Positions 10,098 to 19,990 of a stretch of 64,000 bases of DNA are shown here, in pieces. Location: positions 4,928,001 to 4,992,000 of the forward strand of contig OZ245006.1 in NCBI GenBank assembly GCA_965223545.1. The letters are read 5' to 3'. The position numbers and the translations under genes were made by a program. Within the stretch, counting starts at the first letter, position 1. Each line of letters opens with the position of its first letter. A model generated the notes under the pieces. The model made no database searches and was not told the DNA's origin. It saw only the letters and a list, made by a program, of their open reading frames with translations. Source of the DNA: Planctomycetota bacterium. GTDB taxonomy: Bacteria; Planctomycetota; UBA1135; UBA2386.

Positions 10098-13082
10098 CTA
10101 CCCGCGGAAGTCCACGGCAACCCGGTCGACCTGCACCTGCTGCGCAACTGCACGATCGAACAGGATGACGAACCGGTAGGCGTTGCCACCATCACTCTGC
10201 AGGCTGGCCGCCGCACCTCCGACGCGTTGCCGCCAAGGCCCCATGCTCGACGGATCGACGATCCCCGTCGCTGGGTCGATCGTCGCCGCCTGGACGAACA
10301 ATCCCACCGCCCCGCTGGCGAGGCTGCCGAGTGCCGGGTCATCGCTGAACGTGACCTGCTGCCCGTTGATGGTCGCGTCCATTCGATACCGGACCCACTC
10401 CGTGACCGGCAACGCGCGGCCGGTCCAGTACCAACTGGATTGGCACGCGACCTGGCTGTCGGTCTCGGCCAACGTGCCGACGCTGAGTAACGACCCTACC
10501 GGGATCGCTACGCCGGCGACCGAAATCGGTGGGTTGGGTTGCGGCACCTCGACTCGCGCCAGTCCGGCTGCGCCATCGCCGCCCTGGATCGTGGCCAGAT
10601 AGATGCTCCGCTCATCGAACAAGCCGCCGGTGCCACCACGCGTGTTGATCAAGCCGGCCATCGTGGCAAGCCCGCCCGTCTGCACCAGCACGCTACCGCC
10701 CGATCCGCCTCCGCCGGTTGCGTGCGGTGGCGCGGCAAGCTGGCCGCTGCCGCCGTCGCCGCCTTTGGCTTCGATCAAGCTGCCGGGGGCCATGTTGACT
10801 TCATGGCCGCAGCGCAAGACGAGCGTGCCTCCGCCGCCCCCACCGGCTGCGCCGGCGCGCCATACCGGGGGAGTGCCGAGCAACGAGAAGTGCGGGTGCG
10901 AGCCGCCGCCCCCGCCACCGGAGCCGCCGATGGCGAAGTGCTCACTGGAGAGCGAGCCCGGCGGAAGTGGATGCGGACTGAACGCCACTCCCTCGATTCC
11001 ATCGGGTCCAAGTTCGCCGGAACCGCTGAACACTGCACGCCCCCTGGTGCCGCGTGAGCCAAAACCGCCGCCCCCGCCACCCGCGGCGGTCTGGCCGCAG
11101 AACTGCGCGGCGTGGATCGCGTAGGTGACCGAGCTGTTCAGGCCGTCCGCGGGGAACTGTTGTGAGCCGCGCCCACCGGTGGTCGCGGCGCGCGCCGCGT
11201 AGGCGTGCCCGGCTGGTAGCGCGACGTCGCCGCCGGGGCGGCCGTTGAACGCAGCGGTATGGCCCAGGCCCGACCCGGCGTCGGCGCCGCTGCCGCCGCT
11301 GGCTCCACCCGGTCCACCCACTCCGCCAACCTGGCCGAGTGGGGGGGCGACCCGGCTGATCAACGGCACCGGCGGCGCGTTGAGCTCGACGCGGCCCTCG
11401 ATGTGCGCGCGCCCACGAACCGAGATGCGCGCGCGGTTGCTGCCCACGAACCGCACGGTAACTCCCGCCGCCACATCGAAGCGCGAGAAGTCGAACACCC
11501 CGTCGGTGACCGTGATGTCCCGACCGGTCAGTGTGCGGACGCCGGGAATGGTCTGTTGATCCGTGCTCCACTCGTACACCATCGCGCCCGGGATGCTGCT
11601 CACCAGCACACCGTCGCTCGGGTCGAAGGGGCCGAGTCGGCCGTTGCCGCCGATGACCCCGGGGACCGCGGCTCCACCGACCCACGATCCCGAAGAAGCC
11701 GCGCGGTCCAGGTTCGTCTCGTTGTCGAACTCTTCCACCAGACTCGTCAGGACTGGACCCTCGATCACGCTCTTGACCCCGTTGGTCGTGACGATGCCGG
11801 CCGGGTTCGCCAGTGGGTCGAAGACCACCACTTGGTCGAACACCGCGGCGCCCACTAGCGCCGGGTTGGCGGGTACCAGCTGCATGAAGGTAAGGCGGCC
11901 TCCGAGGAGGCTGTAGAACGGGGTCACCAAGTCGCCGCTCACGAGGAGCTCACAGCCTGGTGCGCCCAACGCTGTCAGCGACGCGGGCAGCGGCACCGCC
12001 CCCCACTGCTGATCCGAGCCACCCACCAACCAGACGGCGCCGCGCATGGCGGGGAAATCGTCGACAGTGACAGCCCTCGGTTGACCGAGGCGGGCGGCGC
12101 CGGCGACCAGCGTTGGTTGAGGCCCCGGTCCGCACGGGCTACCGAACAGCGTCGTCGTCGGAATACCGCTGACCCATGTGTCGCCGGTCGCGCTCGCGCT
12201 CGGCAGGCCGGCGAACAGCACGCCGTGGCTGGCGCTGATCTGGGCGATTCCCTTGCCGCGTGTCGAGGCCGTGGACGGCCAACCGGGCGCCCAGTCCGAC
12301 CCGTCCCATTCCCAGTCGAAGAGACTGCGCGTGCCGGCCAGAATGACTCTCTGCCGCGCGGGCGAGTACGTCATCACGAGCCGGCCTTGTCCGAACGGAA
12401 AGCGGGTGGATCGAACCTGCGTCCATTGGACTCCGTCCCACTCCCAGGTGTCCTGCAGCGTGAGGCCGTTGGAGTCGCCACCGAACATCACCACGCGGCG
12501 CCGCACTGGGTCGTAGGCCATAGCGTGGTCTTCCCTCGCTGCAGGAAGCGGTCCCGTGGAGTGCCGGGTCCAGGTGCCGGCTTTCCAGGTCCACGTGTCG
12601 TTTCCGACCAGGCTGCCGCCGAATCGGCCGCCGAAGAGCACCAGCTCACCGCGACGCTCGTCCCAGGCCATTGCCGACAGCTCGCGTGCGGCCGGTCCCG
12701 GCGCGGGTTGCGCGGGTTGCCAAACGCCGGCGCGAAACTCCCAGAGGTCGCCGAGCTTGCCGGTGCCGTTGCTCCCACCAAACAGAAAGACGGTTTGGTC
12801 GTTGGCTGCCATTGCATGGCTCCCGCGTGGCGTGGGGCCGACACTCGCGGTTTGGCTCCACTGGCTGCCATCCCAGATCCAGGTGTCCGCCAACCAGCCG
12901 TTGGCGTCCGCTCCGCCGAACAAGACCCCGATGCCGAGCCCGGGATGGCCCGCCATCGCGTAGTTGCCGCGAATTGGAGGTGCTACGGGCGTTGGCGCGG
13001 GCGACCACACCCACAACGGTTGGCCGGCCAGCGCCGCCGAGAACACGCTCGCAAAGAAAACGGAGAGACAGGACGGTCTCAT
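10098..13082 (-). CDS. Secreted Kelch-type repeat protein with internal shared domain and Gly-rich region (paralog B)
   Basis: ATG at 13082 (MRPSCLSVFF..ALAGQ); colinear with and highly similar to 6992..9988, with the same C-terminus. Confidence 0.8.
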   Translation of the reverse strand: MRPSCLSVFFASVFSAALAGQPLWVWSPAPTPVAPPIRGNYAMAGHPGLGIGVLFGGADANGWLADTWIWDGSQWSQTASVGPTPRGSHAMAANDQTVFLFGGSNGTGKLGDLWEFRAGVWQPAQPAPGPAARELSAMAWDERRGELVLFGGRFGGSLVGNDTWTWKAGTWTRHSTGPLPAAREDHAMAYDPVRRRVVMFGGDSNGLTLQDTWEWDGVQWTQVRSTRFPFGQGRLVMTYSPARQRVILAGTRSLFDWEWDGSDWAPGWPSTASTRGKGIAQISASHGVLFAGLPSASATGDTWVSGIPTTTLFGSPCGPGPQPTLVAGAARLGQPRAVTVDDFPAMRGAVWLVGGSDQQWGAVPLPASLTALGAPGCELLVSGDLVTPFYSLLGGRLTFMQLVPANPALVGAAVFDQVVVFDPLANPAGIVTTNGVKSVIEGPVLTSLVEEFDNETNLDRAASSGSWVGGAAVPGVIGGNGRLGPFDPSDGVLVSSIPGAMVYEWSTDQQTIPGVRTLTGRDITVTDGVFDFSRFDVAAGVTVRFVGSNRARISVRGRAHIEGRVELNAPPVPLISRVAPPLGQVGGVGGPGGASGGSGADAGSGLGHTAAFNGRPGGDVALPAGHAYAARAATTGGRGSQQFPADGLNSSVTYAIHAAQFCGQTAAGGGGGGFGSRGTRGRAVFSGSGELGPDGIEGVAFSPHPLPPGSLSSEHFAIGGSGGGGGGSHPHFSLLGTPPVWRAGAAGGGGGGTLVLRCGHEVNMAPGSLIEAKGGDGGSGQLAAPPHATGGGGSGGSVLVQTGGLATMAGLINTRGGTGGLFDERSIYLATIQGGDGAAGLARVEVPQPNPPISVAGVAIPVGSLLSVGTLAETDSQVACQSSWYWTGRALPVTEWVRYRMDATINGQQVTFSDDPALGSLASGAVGLFVQAATIDPATGIVDPSSMGPWRQRVGGAAASLQSDGGNAYRFVILFDRAVAQQVQVDRVAVDFRG

Positions 13083-13192
13083 AGCAGGGAACGCCCGATG
13101 GTGGGCGCCAACACAGGACTCGGGGCAAGGGTAGTATCGGCGACCGGACTTCAAGTGAACAGCCCCCCTGCTCGATCCGCCGTCGCGCGGAG

Positions 13193-14614
13193 CTAGCGCG
13201 TTCGCGTCGACTGTTCGGCTTCGGCCCAGCGCCGCCACTCGGCCATCGCGGGCTTGCCCCGTGGGCTGTACGTGTGATCCTCGGCGCCGCCGTCGTCGAA
13301 GTAGTCGTAGAAATAGGCGCCGCGCAGAAACGCCAACCCCGGCGCGACGTCGACGAAGGCGGCGAAACAGTCCGCCTGCTCGGCCGTGTCCACGTCGTCG
13401 ACGTTGAGCACGTAGTTCCAGGGATCGCGATTGATGCCGTCCTGGCTGGCGTAGCCGAGCTCGGTGAAGATCACCGGCTTGCCCAGCATCCCCACCGAGC
13501 GCTGCAGCCGGGCGCCGATCGCGCGCCAGGCCTGCCGCAGTTGGTCGCGGCTCGGATCGACGCGATGGGTCAGCGAGAAATACGCCGTCATGCCGATCAG
13601 ATCCAGCTGGGCGAAGAAGCGCGGCGCGTGCACGTGGTCCCAGTTGGCCGAGTAGGTCAGCCACCCGGTGAAGCGCCCGCGCGCGTGCGCGATGATCCGT
13701 CGCCACGCGCGCGTGCGGTGCTCGAGCGAGGAGAACTCGCTGCCCACGGACAGGATGTCGACGCCGGTGGCCTGCGCGATGTCCGCATAGTGGACGAGCA
13801 TGGCGTCGTAGCTCAGCCAGAAGCGGCCCTCGTCGCGGGGACGCAGGGTTCCGCGCCAGTCGTTGTCGCGCGGCTTCTCGAGCAGCACGATCGGCAACAG
13901 CATCACCGACATGCCCTTGCCCTTGGCGTAGCGGATCGTCTCGATCAGGCGTTCGTCGCGCACGGTGCGCTCGTGGTCGAGGCGGATGCGGTCGGCTTCG
14001 GCATCCTCGATGAACGTCGAGAGCAGGAGGCTGAGGTGGCGAAAGCCGGCATCGGCGAGCTCGTCGATGTGGCGCCGGTAGTGCTGGCGCCGCAACTTGT
14101 AGTGCAGTCCCAGGACGGCGCCGTTGAGATAGGGGATCTCCTCGGGGCGGGGCTCGGTGTCCGCGAACAGGCCGAGCCGCTCGTCCTGCGCCTCGCGCGC
14201 GGCGTCGCGCAGCGCATCGAACGCGAGCACCTCGGGTGTGCGGCAGCGAAGCAGCGCCAGCCCGCGGCGCAGCGCTTCGGCGTTGATCGAGGGCGCGTCC
14301 CTCTCCAGGTGTACGGTCGCCGTCAGCGCGACCTTGTCGTCACTCGCGTTTTCACTCTCGGGCTGCAGCCAGACGCGTTGTCCGACCAGCGCGCTGCGCA
14401 GCCAGCGGGCCAGCCGATCGCCGGCGCCGTCCGGGCGCACGGCCGAGGCCGGCAGGTCCAGGCCCTGCAGCCGGACCGCGCGGCCGTCGTCGAGAGCGAT
14501 CACCGTGGGGCTCGAGATCTCGGCGACTCCTGCGCGAAATGCCGGCTGCACGCGAGCCGTCGATGCCGCTGGCGGTTGGGCGGCCGCGGTCGCGATCAGC
14601 AAGCCGGCGGACAC
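13193..14614 (-). CDS. Fusion of a thermonuclease (SNase)-like domain and a GH113-like TIM barrel
   Basis: N-terminal VRLQGLDLP...INAEALRRGLA...AQDERLGLF; C-terminal DWRG, SVGSEF, YSANWD, FTELGY. Start is uncertain (GTG 14614 chosen to avoid overlap with carB). Confidence 0.7.
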   Translation of the reverse strand: MSAGLLIATAAAQPPAASTARVQPAFRAGVAEISSPTVIALDDGRAVRLQGLDLPASAVRPDGAGDRLARWLRSALVGQRVWLQPESENASDDKVALTATVHLERDAPSINAEALRRGLALLRCRTPEVLAFDALRDAAREAQDERLGLFADTEPRPEEIPYLNGAVLGLHYKLRRQHYRRHIDELADAGFRHLSLLLSTFIEDAEADRIRLDHERTVRDERLIETIRYAKGKGMSVMLLPIVLLEKPRDNDWRGTLRPRDEGRFWLSYDAMLVHYADIAQATGVDILSVGSEFSSLEHRTRAWRRIIAHARGRFTGWLTYSANWDHVHAPRFFAQLDLIGMTAYFSLTHRVDPSRDQLRQAWRAIGARLQRSVGMLGKPVIFTELGYASQDGINRDPWNYVLNVDDVDTAEQADCFAAFVDVAPGLAFLRGAYFYDYFDDGGAEDHTYSPRGKPAMAEWRRWAEAEQSTRTR

Positions 14615-14682
14615 CCAGGCACGCCTCGTTTTGTGCTCGCCACCCCGGGTCGGTTTTGCTGTAGTTCTCGCGCCCAAGTCCG

Positions 14683-17600
14683 ATGCCTCGCCGCCAAGAC
14701 CTCGAATCCATCCTGATCCTGGGTTCTGGGCCGATTGTGATCGGTCAGGCATGCGAATTCGACTACTCGGGCACGCAGGCCTGCAAGGCCCTGCGCGAAG
14801 AGGGTTACCGGGTCATCCTGATCAACAGCAACCCGGCGACGATCATGACGGATCCGGAGACCGCCGACCGGACCTACGTCGAACCGATCACGCCCGAGGT
14901 GGTGACCAAGATCATCGAGGCCGAGCGGCCCGACGCGGTCCTGCCGACGCTGGGTGGCCAGACCGCTCTCAATACGGCGATGCGGCTCGCCGATCTCGGC
15001 GTTCTGGAGAAATTCGGCGTCGAGATGATCGGCGCCAGCCGCGACGCGATCGAGAAGGCCGAGAGCCGCCAGCGCTTCGGTGAGGCGATGGCCAAGATCG
15101 GCCTCGAGATGCCCGCCGCCGGCCTCGCCTACAGCATGGAGGAGGCGCTGGCGGTGCTCGATCGGGTCGGGCTGCCCTGCGTGATCCGCCCGGGCTTCAC
15201 CCTGGGCGGCACCGGCGGCGGCGTCGCCTTCAACCTCGACGAGTTCAAGGAGATCTGCCGCCGGGGCCTCGACCTGTCCTTGAACAACGAGCTCTTGATC
15301 GAGGAATCGATCCTCGGCTGGAAGGAGTTCGAGCTCGAGGTGATGCGCGACCGCAAGGACAACGTCGTCATCATCTGCTCGATCGAGAACTTCGATCCGA
15401 TGGGGATCCACACCGGCGACTCGATCACGGTGGCGCCGGCGCAGACGCTGACCGACCGCGAGTACCAGCTGATGCGCGACGCCGCGATCAGGGTGATCCG
15501 CGAGATCGGCGTCGACACCGGCGGCAGCAACGTCCAGTTCGCCATCAACCCCGAAGACGGGCGGATGACGATCATCGAGATGAACCCGCGCGTGTCGCGC
15601 TCGTCGGCGCTGGCCAGCAAGGCGACCGGGTTCCCGATCGCCAAGATGGCGGCCAAGCTGGCGGTCGGCTACAGCCTGGACGAGATCCCCAACGACATCA
15701 CCAAGAAGACGCCGGCCTGTTTCGAGCCGACGATCGACTACTGCGTCGTCAAGTTCCCGCGCTGGACCTTCGAGAAGTTCCCCACCGCCGAGCCGGTGCT
15801 GACCACGCAGATGAAGTCGGTGGGCGAGGTGATGGCCATCGGCCGTACCTTCAAGGAGGCGCTGCAGAAGGCGATGCGTTCGCTGGAGACCGGCCGGACC
15901 GGTCTCGGCAACGAGCCGGGCCAGCCGCACGCCGCCGCTCGTGCCGTCAACTGCGACCCCGAGGTGATCCGCTCGCACCTCGCCAAGACCGGTCCCGACC
16001 GCATCGACTGGGTGCGCACCGGGCTGCTCAGCGGGATGACGCTGGAGGAGCTCTACGACTACACCAGGATCGACCGCTGGTTCCTCGATCAGATCATCGA
16101 GATCCTCGACTACGAGAGGGTGCTGGTCGAGCGCGGTGCTGCCGGGCTTGCCGCAATCGACGCCGACACCATGCGGCAGGCCAAGCGCCTCGGCTTCAGC
16201 GATCGGCAGATCGCCGCCGCCTGCGGCGCGGGTTGTGACGAGTGGCAGGTGCGACGACACCGGCTGTCGCAGGGCATCAAGCCGGTCTACAAGCTGGTCG
16301 ACACCTGCGCGGCCGAGTTCGAGGCCTACACGCCGTACTACTACTCGACCTACGAGGGCGAGGACGAGGCGCGCGTCGATCCCGATCGGCAGCGCGTGAT
16401 GGTTCTCGGCGGCGGGCCCAACCGCATCGGGCAGGGCATCGAGTTCGACTACTGCTGTGTGCACGCGGCGTTCGCCCTCAGCGAGCGCGGCTACGAGACC
16501 GTGATGGTCAACAGCAACCCCGAGACCGTGTCGACCGACTTCGACACCTCGGATCTGTTGTTCTTCGAGCCGCTGACCCACGAGGACGTCCTCAACATCG
16601 TCGACCGGATCTCGCCCAAGGGGATCATCGTGCAATTCGGTGGGCAGACGCCGCTGAACTTGGCGCGCGGCTTGGCCGACGCCGGGGCACCCTTGGTCGG
16701 CACGTCGGTGGGCTCGATCGAGGCGGCCGAAGACCGCGATCTGTTCGCCCGCGTCGTCGAGGAGCTCGATCTGCGCCAGCCGCCCAACGGCATGGCCGCC
16801 GACGTCGAGGCGGCGGTCGAGATCGCGGGCCGCTTGGGGTATCCGGTGCTGGCGCGGCCGAGCTTCGTGCTCGGCGGGCGCGCGATGGAGATCGTCTACG
16901 ACGAGGCGGACCTGCGGCGCTACATGCGCGACAACGGTGCCGAAGTCTCCGCCGAGCGGCCGGTGCTCGTCGACCGCTTCTTGGAGGGCGCCATCGAGGT
17001 CGATGTCGATGCCATCTCGGACGGTGAGACCGTGGTGGTGGGCGGCATCATGGAGCACATCGAGGAGGCCGGGATCCACTCCGGCGACTCCAGCTGCTCG
17101 CTGCCGCCCTACACCCTCAGCGACGCCATCCTCGCCGAGATCGAGCGCGCCACCGAGAAGCTGGCGCGCCGGTTGGAGGTGGTCGGTCTGATGAACGTCC
17201 AGTACGCGGTCAAGGGCGCCAACGTCTACCTGATCGAGGCCAACCCGCGCGCCTCGCGCACCGTGCCGTTCGTCAGCAAGGCGATCGGCCGGCCGCTGGC
17301 GAAGATGGCGGCGCGGGCGATGCTCGGCGACCGACTGGCCGACATGGGGTTCACCGAGCCGATCGTGCCAACGCACTTCAGCGTCAAGGCGCCGGTGTTC
17401 CCGTTCAACAAGTTCCCCGGCGTCGACACCCTGCTCGGCCCGGAGATGAAGTCGACGGGCGAGGTGATGGGGATCGACGCGAGCTTCGGGCCCGCGTTCG
17501 CCAAGGCGCAGCTGGGCGCCGGCATCGACCTACCTGCCTCGGGCTCGGTGTTCATCTCGGTGCGGGACGAAGACAAGCGGCTGATCCTCTCGTTGGCCAC

Positions 17601-17934
17601 GCGCCTGCACCACCTCGGCTTCAAGATCCTCGCCACCTCGGGCACGGCGCGCGCGCTGGTCAACGCCGGCATCCCGGCCGAGCGCGTGCGCAAAGTGCAC
17701 GAGGGGCGGCCGCACGTCGTCGACATGATCAAGAACCGGCAGGTCGCGTTGATCATCAACACGCCGTCGGGCCGCATCGAGCGCAGCGACGACCGGCTGA
17801 TCCGATCGAGCGCGGTGTCGTTCAAGGTGCCGTGCATCACCACGTTGGCGGCGGCGTCGGCGACCATCCAGGGGATGGAGTGGCTCGCCAAGCAACCCCT
17901 CGGCGTGAAGCCGCTGCAGGCCTACCACGACTGA
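14683..17934 (+). CDS. carB: Carbamoyl-phosphate synthase large subunit
   Basis: [28 protein letters not shown]; two ATP-grasp halves; C-terminal MGS domain; 1083 aa. Confidence 0.99.
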   Translation: MPRRQDLESILILGSGPIVIGQACEFDYSGTQACKALREEGYRVILINSNPATIMTDPETADRTYVEPITPEVVTKIIEAERPDAVLPTLGGQTALNTAMRLADLGVLEKFGVEMIGASRDAIEKAESRQRFGEAMAKIGLEMPAAGLAYSMEEALAVLDRVGLPCVIRPGFTLGGTGGGVAFNLDEFKEICRRGLDLSLNNELLIEESILGWKEFELEVMRDRKDNVVIICSIENFDPMGIHTGDSITVAPAQTLTDREYQLMRDAAIRVIREIGVDTGGSNVQFAINPEDGRMTIIEMNPRVSRSSALASKATGFPIAKMAAKLAVGYSLDEIPNDITKKTPACFEPTIDYCVVKFPRWTFEKFPTAEPVLTTQMKSVGEVMAIGRTFKEALQKAMRSLETGRTGLGNEPGQPHAAARAVNCDPEVIRSHLAKTGPDRIDWVRTGLLSGMTLEELYDYTRIDRWFLDQIIEILDYERVLVERGAAGLAAIDADTMRQAKRLGFSDRQIAAACGAGCDEWQVRRHRLSQGIKPVYKLVDTCAAEFEAYTPYYYSTYEGEDEARVDPDRQRVMVLGGGPNRIGQGIEFDYCCVHAAFALSERGYETVMVNSNPETVSTDFDTSDLLFFEPLTHEDVLNIVDRISPKGIIVQFGGQTPLNLARGLADAGAPLVGTSVGSIEAAEDRDLFARVVEELDLRQPPNGMAADVEAAVEIAGRLGYPVLARPSFVLGGRAMEIVYDEADLRRYMRDNGAEVSAERPVLVDRFLEGAIEVDVDAISDGETVVVGGIMEHIEEAGIHSGDSSCSLPPYTLSDAILAEIERATEKLARRLEVVGLMNVQYAVKGANVYLIEANPRASRTVPFVSKAIGRPLAKMAARAMLGDRLADMGFTEPIVPTHFSVKAPVFPFNKFPGVDTLLGPEMKSTGEVMGIDASFGPAFAKAQLGAGIDLPASGSVFISVRDEDKRLILSLATRLHHLGFKILATSGTARALVNAGIPAERVRKVHEGRPHVVDMIKNRQVALIINTPSGRIERSDDRLIRSSAVSFKVPCITTLAAASATIQGMEWLAKQPLGVKPLQAYHD

Positions 17935-17980
17935 ACGCGCTGGGACGCGGCGAGCCCGTCGTCTACCATCCGTCGCTGCG

Positions 17981-19270
17981 ATGAGCGTCCATGAATCGAC
18001 GTGTCCCGGCCACGACTCCAAGTTGGCCAGCACCGTGGCGGAGTTTTGCGTCAGCGAGCCTTCGGTGGCGGCGACCGAGAAGGCGACCGGGGTGCCGAGC
18101 GTTCCGGCCTGGCGACGGTTGACCGAGGTCGGCACGACCCTCTGGCTGGATACCGGCGACCTCGATGCCGCGCGGGCGCTGTGGGCGGCCGAGTTCGAGG
18201 CGTTGACCACCAACAACACCCTGTTGAACAACGAGGTGCAGAAGGGGATCTACGACGCCCTGGTCCCCCGCGCCGCTGCCCTGTTGAAGGACGCCGAGAC
18301 CGGGCTCGACGACGGTCTCCTGGTGCAGGAGATCGCCTTCATCCTCAATGCCGTGCACGGCCTCAAGCTGGTCCGGGCGTTCGATGCCGACGTCAGCGTC
18401 GAGCTGCACACCAACTTGGCGCGCGACGCCGAGGCCAGCTACCGCTATGGCAAGCGCTACGCGGCGATCTGCCCGCAGCGCTTCATCGTCAAGGTGCCGC
18501 TGACGCCGGAGGGGGTGTTGGCGGCGCGGCGGCTGCACGACGACGGCGTGCGCATCAACTTCACGTTGGGATTCTCGGCGCGCGAGAACTACCTGATCGG
18601 TGCGGTGGCGCGGCCGGATTGGGTCAACGTCTTCATGGGACGCTGCAACGCCTTCGTCGCCGGCGCCGGCCTCGGCAGTGGGGACAACGTGGGCGAAAAG
18701 GCCACGCTCGCCAGCCAGCGGCTGATGCGCCGTTTGCGCGATGAGCGCGGCTGCGACGTGCGCCAGATCGGCGCGTCGATGCGCAACGGCGACCAGGCCT
18801 TCGACCTCGCGGGACTCGACGTCTACACCATGCCCACCGCGGTCGCTGCGGCGTACCTCGAGCGCGATCCCGATCCCGCCGACGTCGAGGATCGCACCGC
18901 AGCCGATCCGGTCGTGGAGTTGAGCGAGGGGCGCTCCGCCGAGGCCGAGGGCCTGGATGCGCTGTGGACGCTGAGCGATTCGTTCGCGGCCGCGGTCCAC
19001 CAGCTCGCCGAGGTGGATGCGCGGGTTTTCACCGGCGCGGAGATGCTCGGTCTGCTGCGCGATCACGGTGCCGGGGATCTGTTTGCCGAGCTGTCGGGCG
19101 ACGAGGCCGCGCGCATCGCGGCGGACGGCAAGATCCCCGCCTACGCCCCGTGGATCGAACGGGTCCGGGCCAAGACCGCCAGCTGGGACGGGCTGCTGAC
19201 CGACGCCGCGCTGGCGAGCTTCACCGCCGACCAGGCGGCACTCGACCAGCGCATCCGCGGTCTGCTGTAG
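17981..19270 (+). CDS. Transaldolase family protein with N- and C-terminal extensions
   Basis: LWLDTG, LTTNNTL, VSVELH, IVKVPLT (Schiff-base Lys), INFTLGFS, FMGR, ASMR. Confidence 0.85.
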   Translation: MSVHESTCPGHDSKLASTVAEFCVSEPSVAATEKATGVPSVPAWRRLTEVGTTLWLDTGDLDAARALWAAEFEALTTNNTLLNNEVQKGIYDALVPRAAALLKDAETGLDDGLLVQEIAFILNAVHGLKLVRAFDADVSVELHTNLARDAEASYRYGKRYAAICPQRFIVKVPLTPEGVLAARRLHDDGVRINFTLGFSARENYLIGAVARPDWVNVFMGRCNAFVAGAGLGSGDNVGEKATLASQRLMRRLRDERGCDVRQIGASMRNGDQAFDLAGLDVYTMPTAVAAAYLERDPDPADVEDRTAADPVVELSEGRSAEAEGLDALWTLSDSFAAAVHQLAEVDARVFTGAEMLGLLRDHGAGDLFAELSGDEAARIAADGKIPAYAPWIERVRAKTASWDGLLTDAALASFTADQAALDQRIRGLL

Positions 19271-19287
19271 CGGCCGGGTCGGCGCCG

Positions 19288-19977
19288 CTACTCGGTGACG
19301 ATCGGTGGTGCGCGCAGATCCACCGGCTCGCGCGCTGCGTCGGCGACGGCCGCGAGGTAGCGGTGTCGCGGCCAGTCGACCGCGCCCATCGAGCGCAGGT
19401 GCGGGGTGGTGAACTGCACGTCGAACAGGCGGATCCCCGCGCCATACACCGTGTGTACGCACGCGACCAGCGCCACCTTTGACGCGCCGGTCACCGTGTG
19501 GAACTTCGATTCGGCGGCGAACAAGCCGCCGCGCTGCACGCCGTAGATGCCGCCGACCAGCGCGCCGTCACGCCAGACTTCGAGGCTGTGGGCATCGCCG
19601 TCGCGGTGCAGCTGCAGGTAGGCGGCGATCATCTCCGGCAGGATCCACGTGCCGTCGAGCCGGGCGGTGGCGCAGCCGCGGATCACGTCGGCGAAGGCGC
19701 GATTCCACGTCAGCTCGAACTCGCCGCGGCGCAGCTGCCGCCGCAGACTGCGTGAGACGTGCAGCTGCTCGAACGGCAGCACGCCGCGCGGATCGGGGCT
19801 CCACCACAACGGCGGCACCGATGCGTCGAACCACGGGAAGATGCCGCGCTCGTAGGCCGCGCGCAGGCGCTGCGGTGACAGGTCGCCGCCGACGGCGACC
19901 AACCCGTCGGCGTCGGCAGCGTGCGGGTCGGCGAACGCGATTCTGCCCCCGGGCTCGAGATACACGGGAAGTGGCAC
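19288..19977 (-). CDS. aat: Leucyl/phenylalanyl-tRNA--protein transferase
   Basis: GLVAVGGDLS, AYERGIFPW, WWSPDPR, AHSLEVW..LVGGIYG, ESKFH, ASKVAL, FDVQ. Confidence 0.95.
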   Translation of the reverse strand: MPLPVYLEPGGRIAFADPHAADADGLVAVGGDLSPQRLRAAYERGIFPWFDASVPPLWWSPDPRGVLPFEQLHVSRSLRRQLRRGEFELTWNRAFADVIRGCATARLDGTWILPEMIAAYLQLHRDGDAHSLEVWRDGALVGGIYGVQRGGLFAAESKFHTVTGASKVALVACVHTVYGAGIRLFDVQFTTPHLRSMGAVDWPRHRYLAAVADAAREPVDLRAPPIVTE

Positions 19978-19990
19978 GGTGCGGTCTCAT

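Noticed and set aside
13083..13192. Extended N-termini given by the ORF track for 10098..13706, 6992..10342 and 13193..14752
   Set aside because: The extensions overlap neighbouring genes and precede clear signal peptides, so downstream starts were chosen.
14683..17934. carB without adjacent carA as an anomaly
   Set aside because: Split carA and carB loci are common in bacteria.
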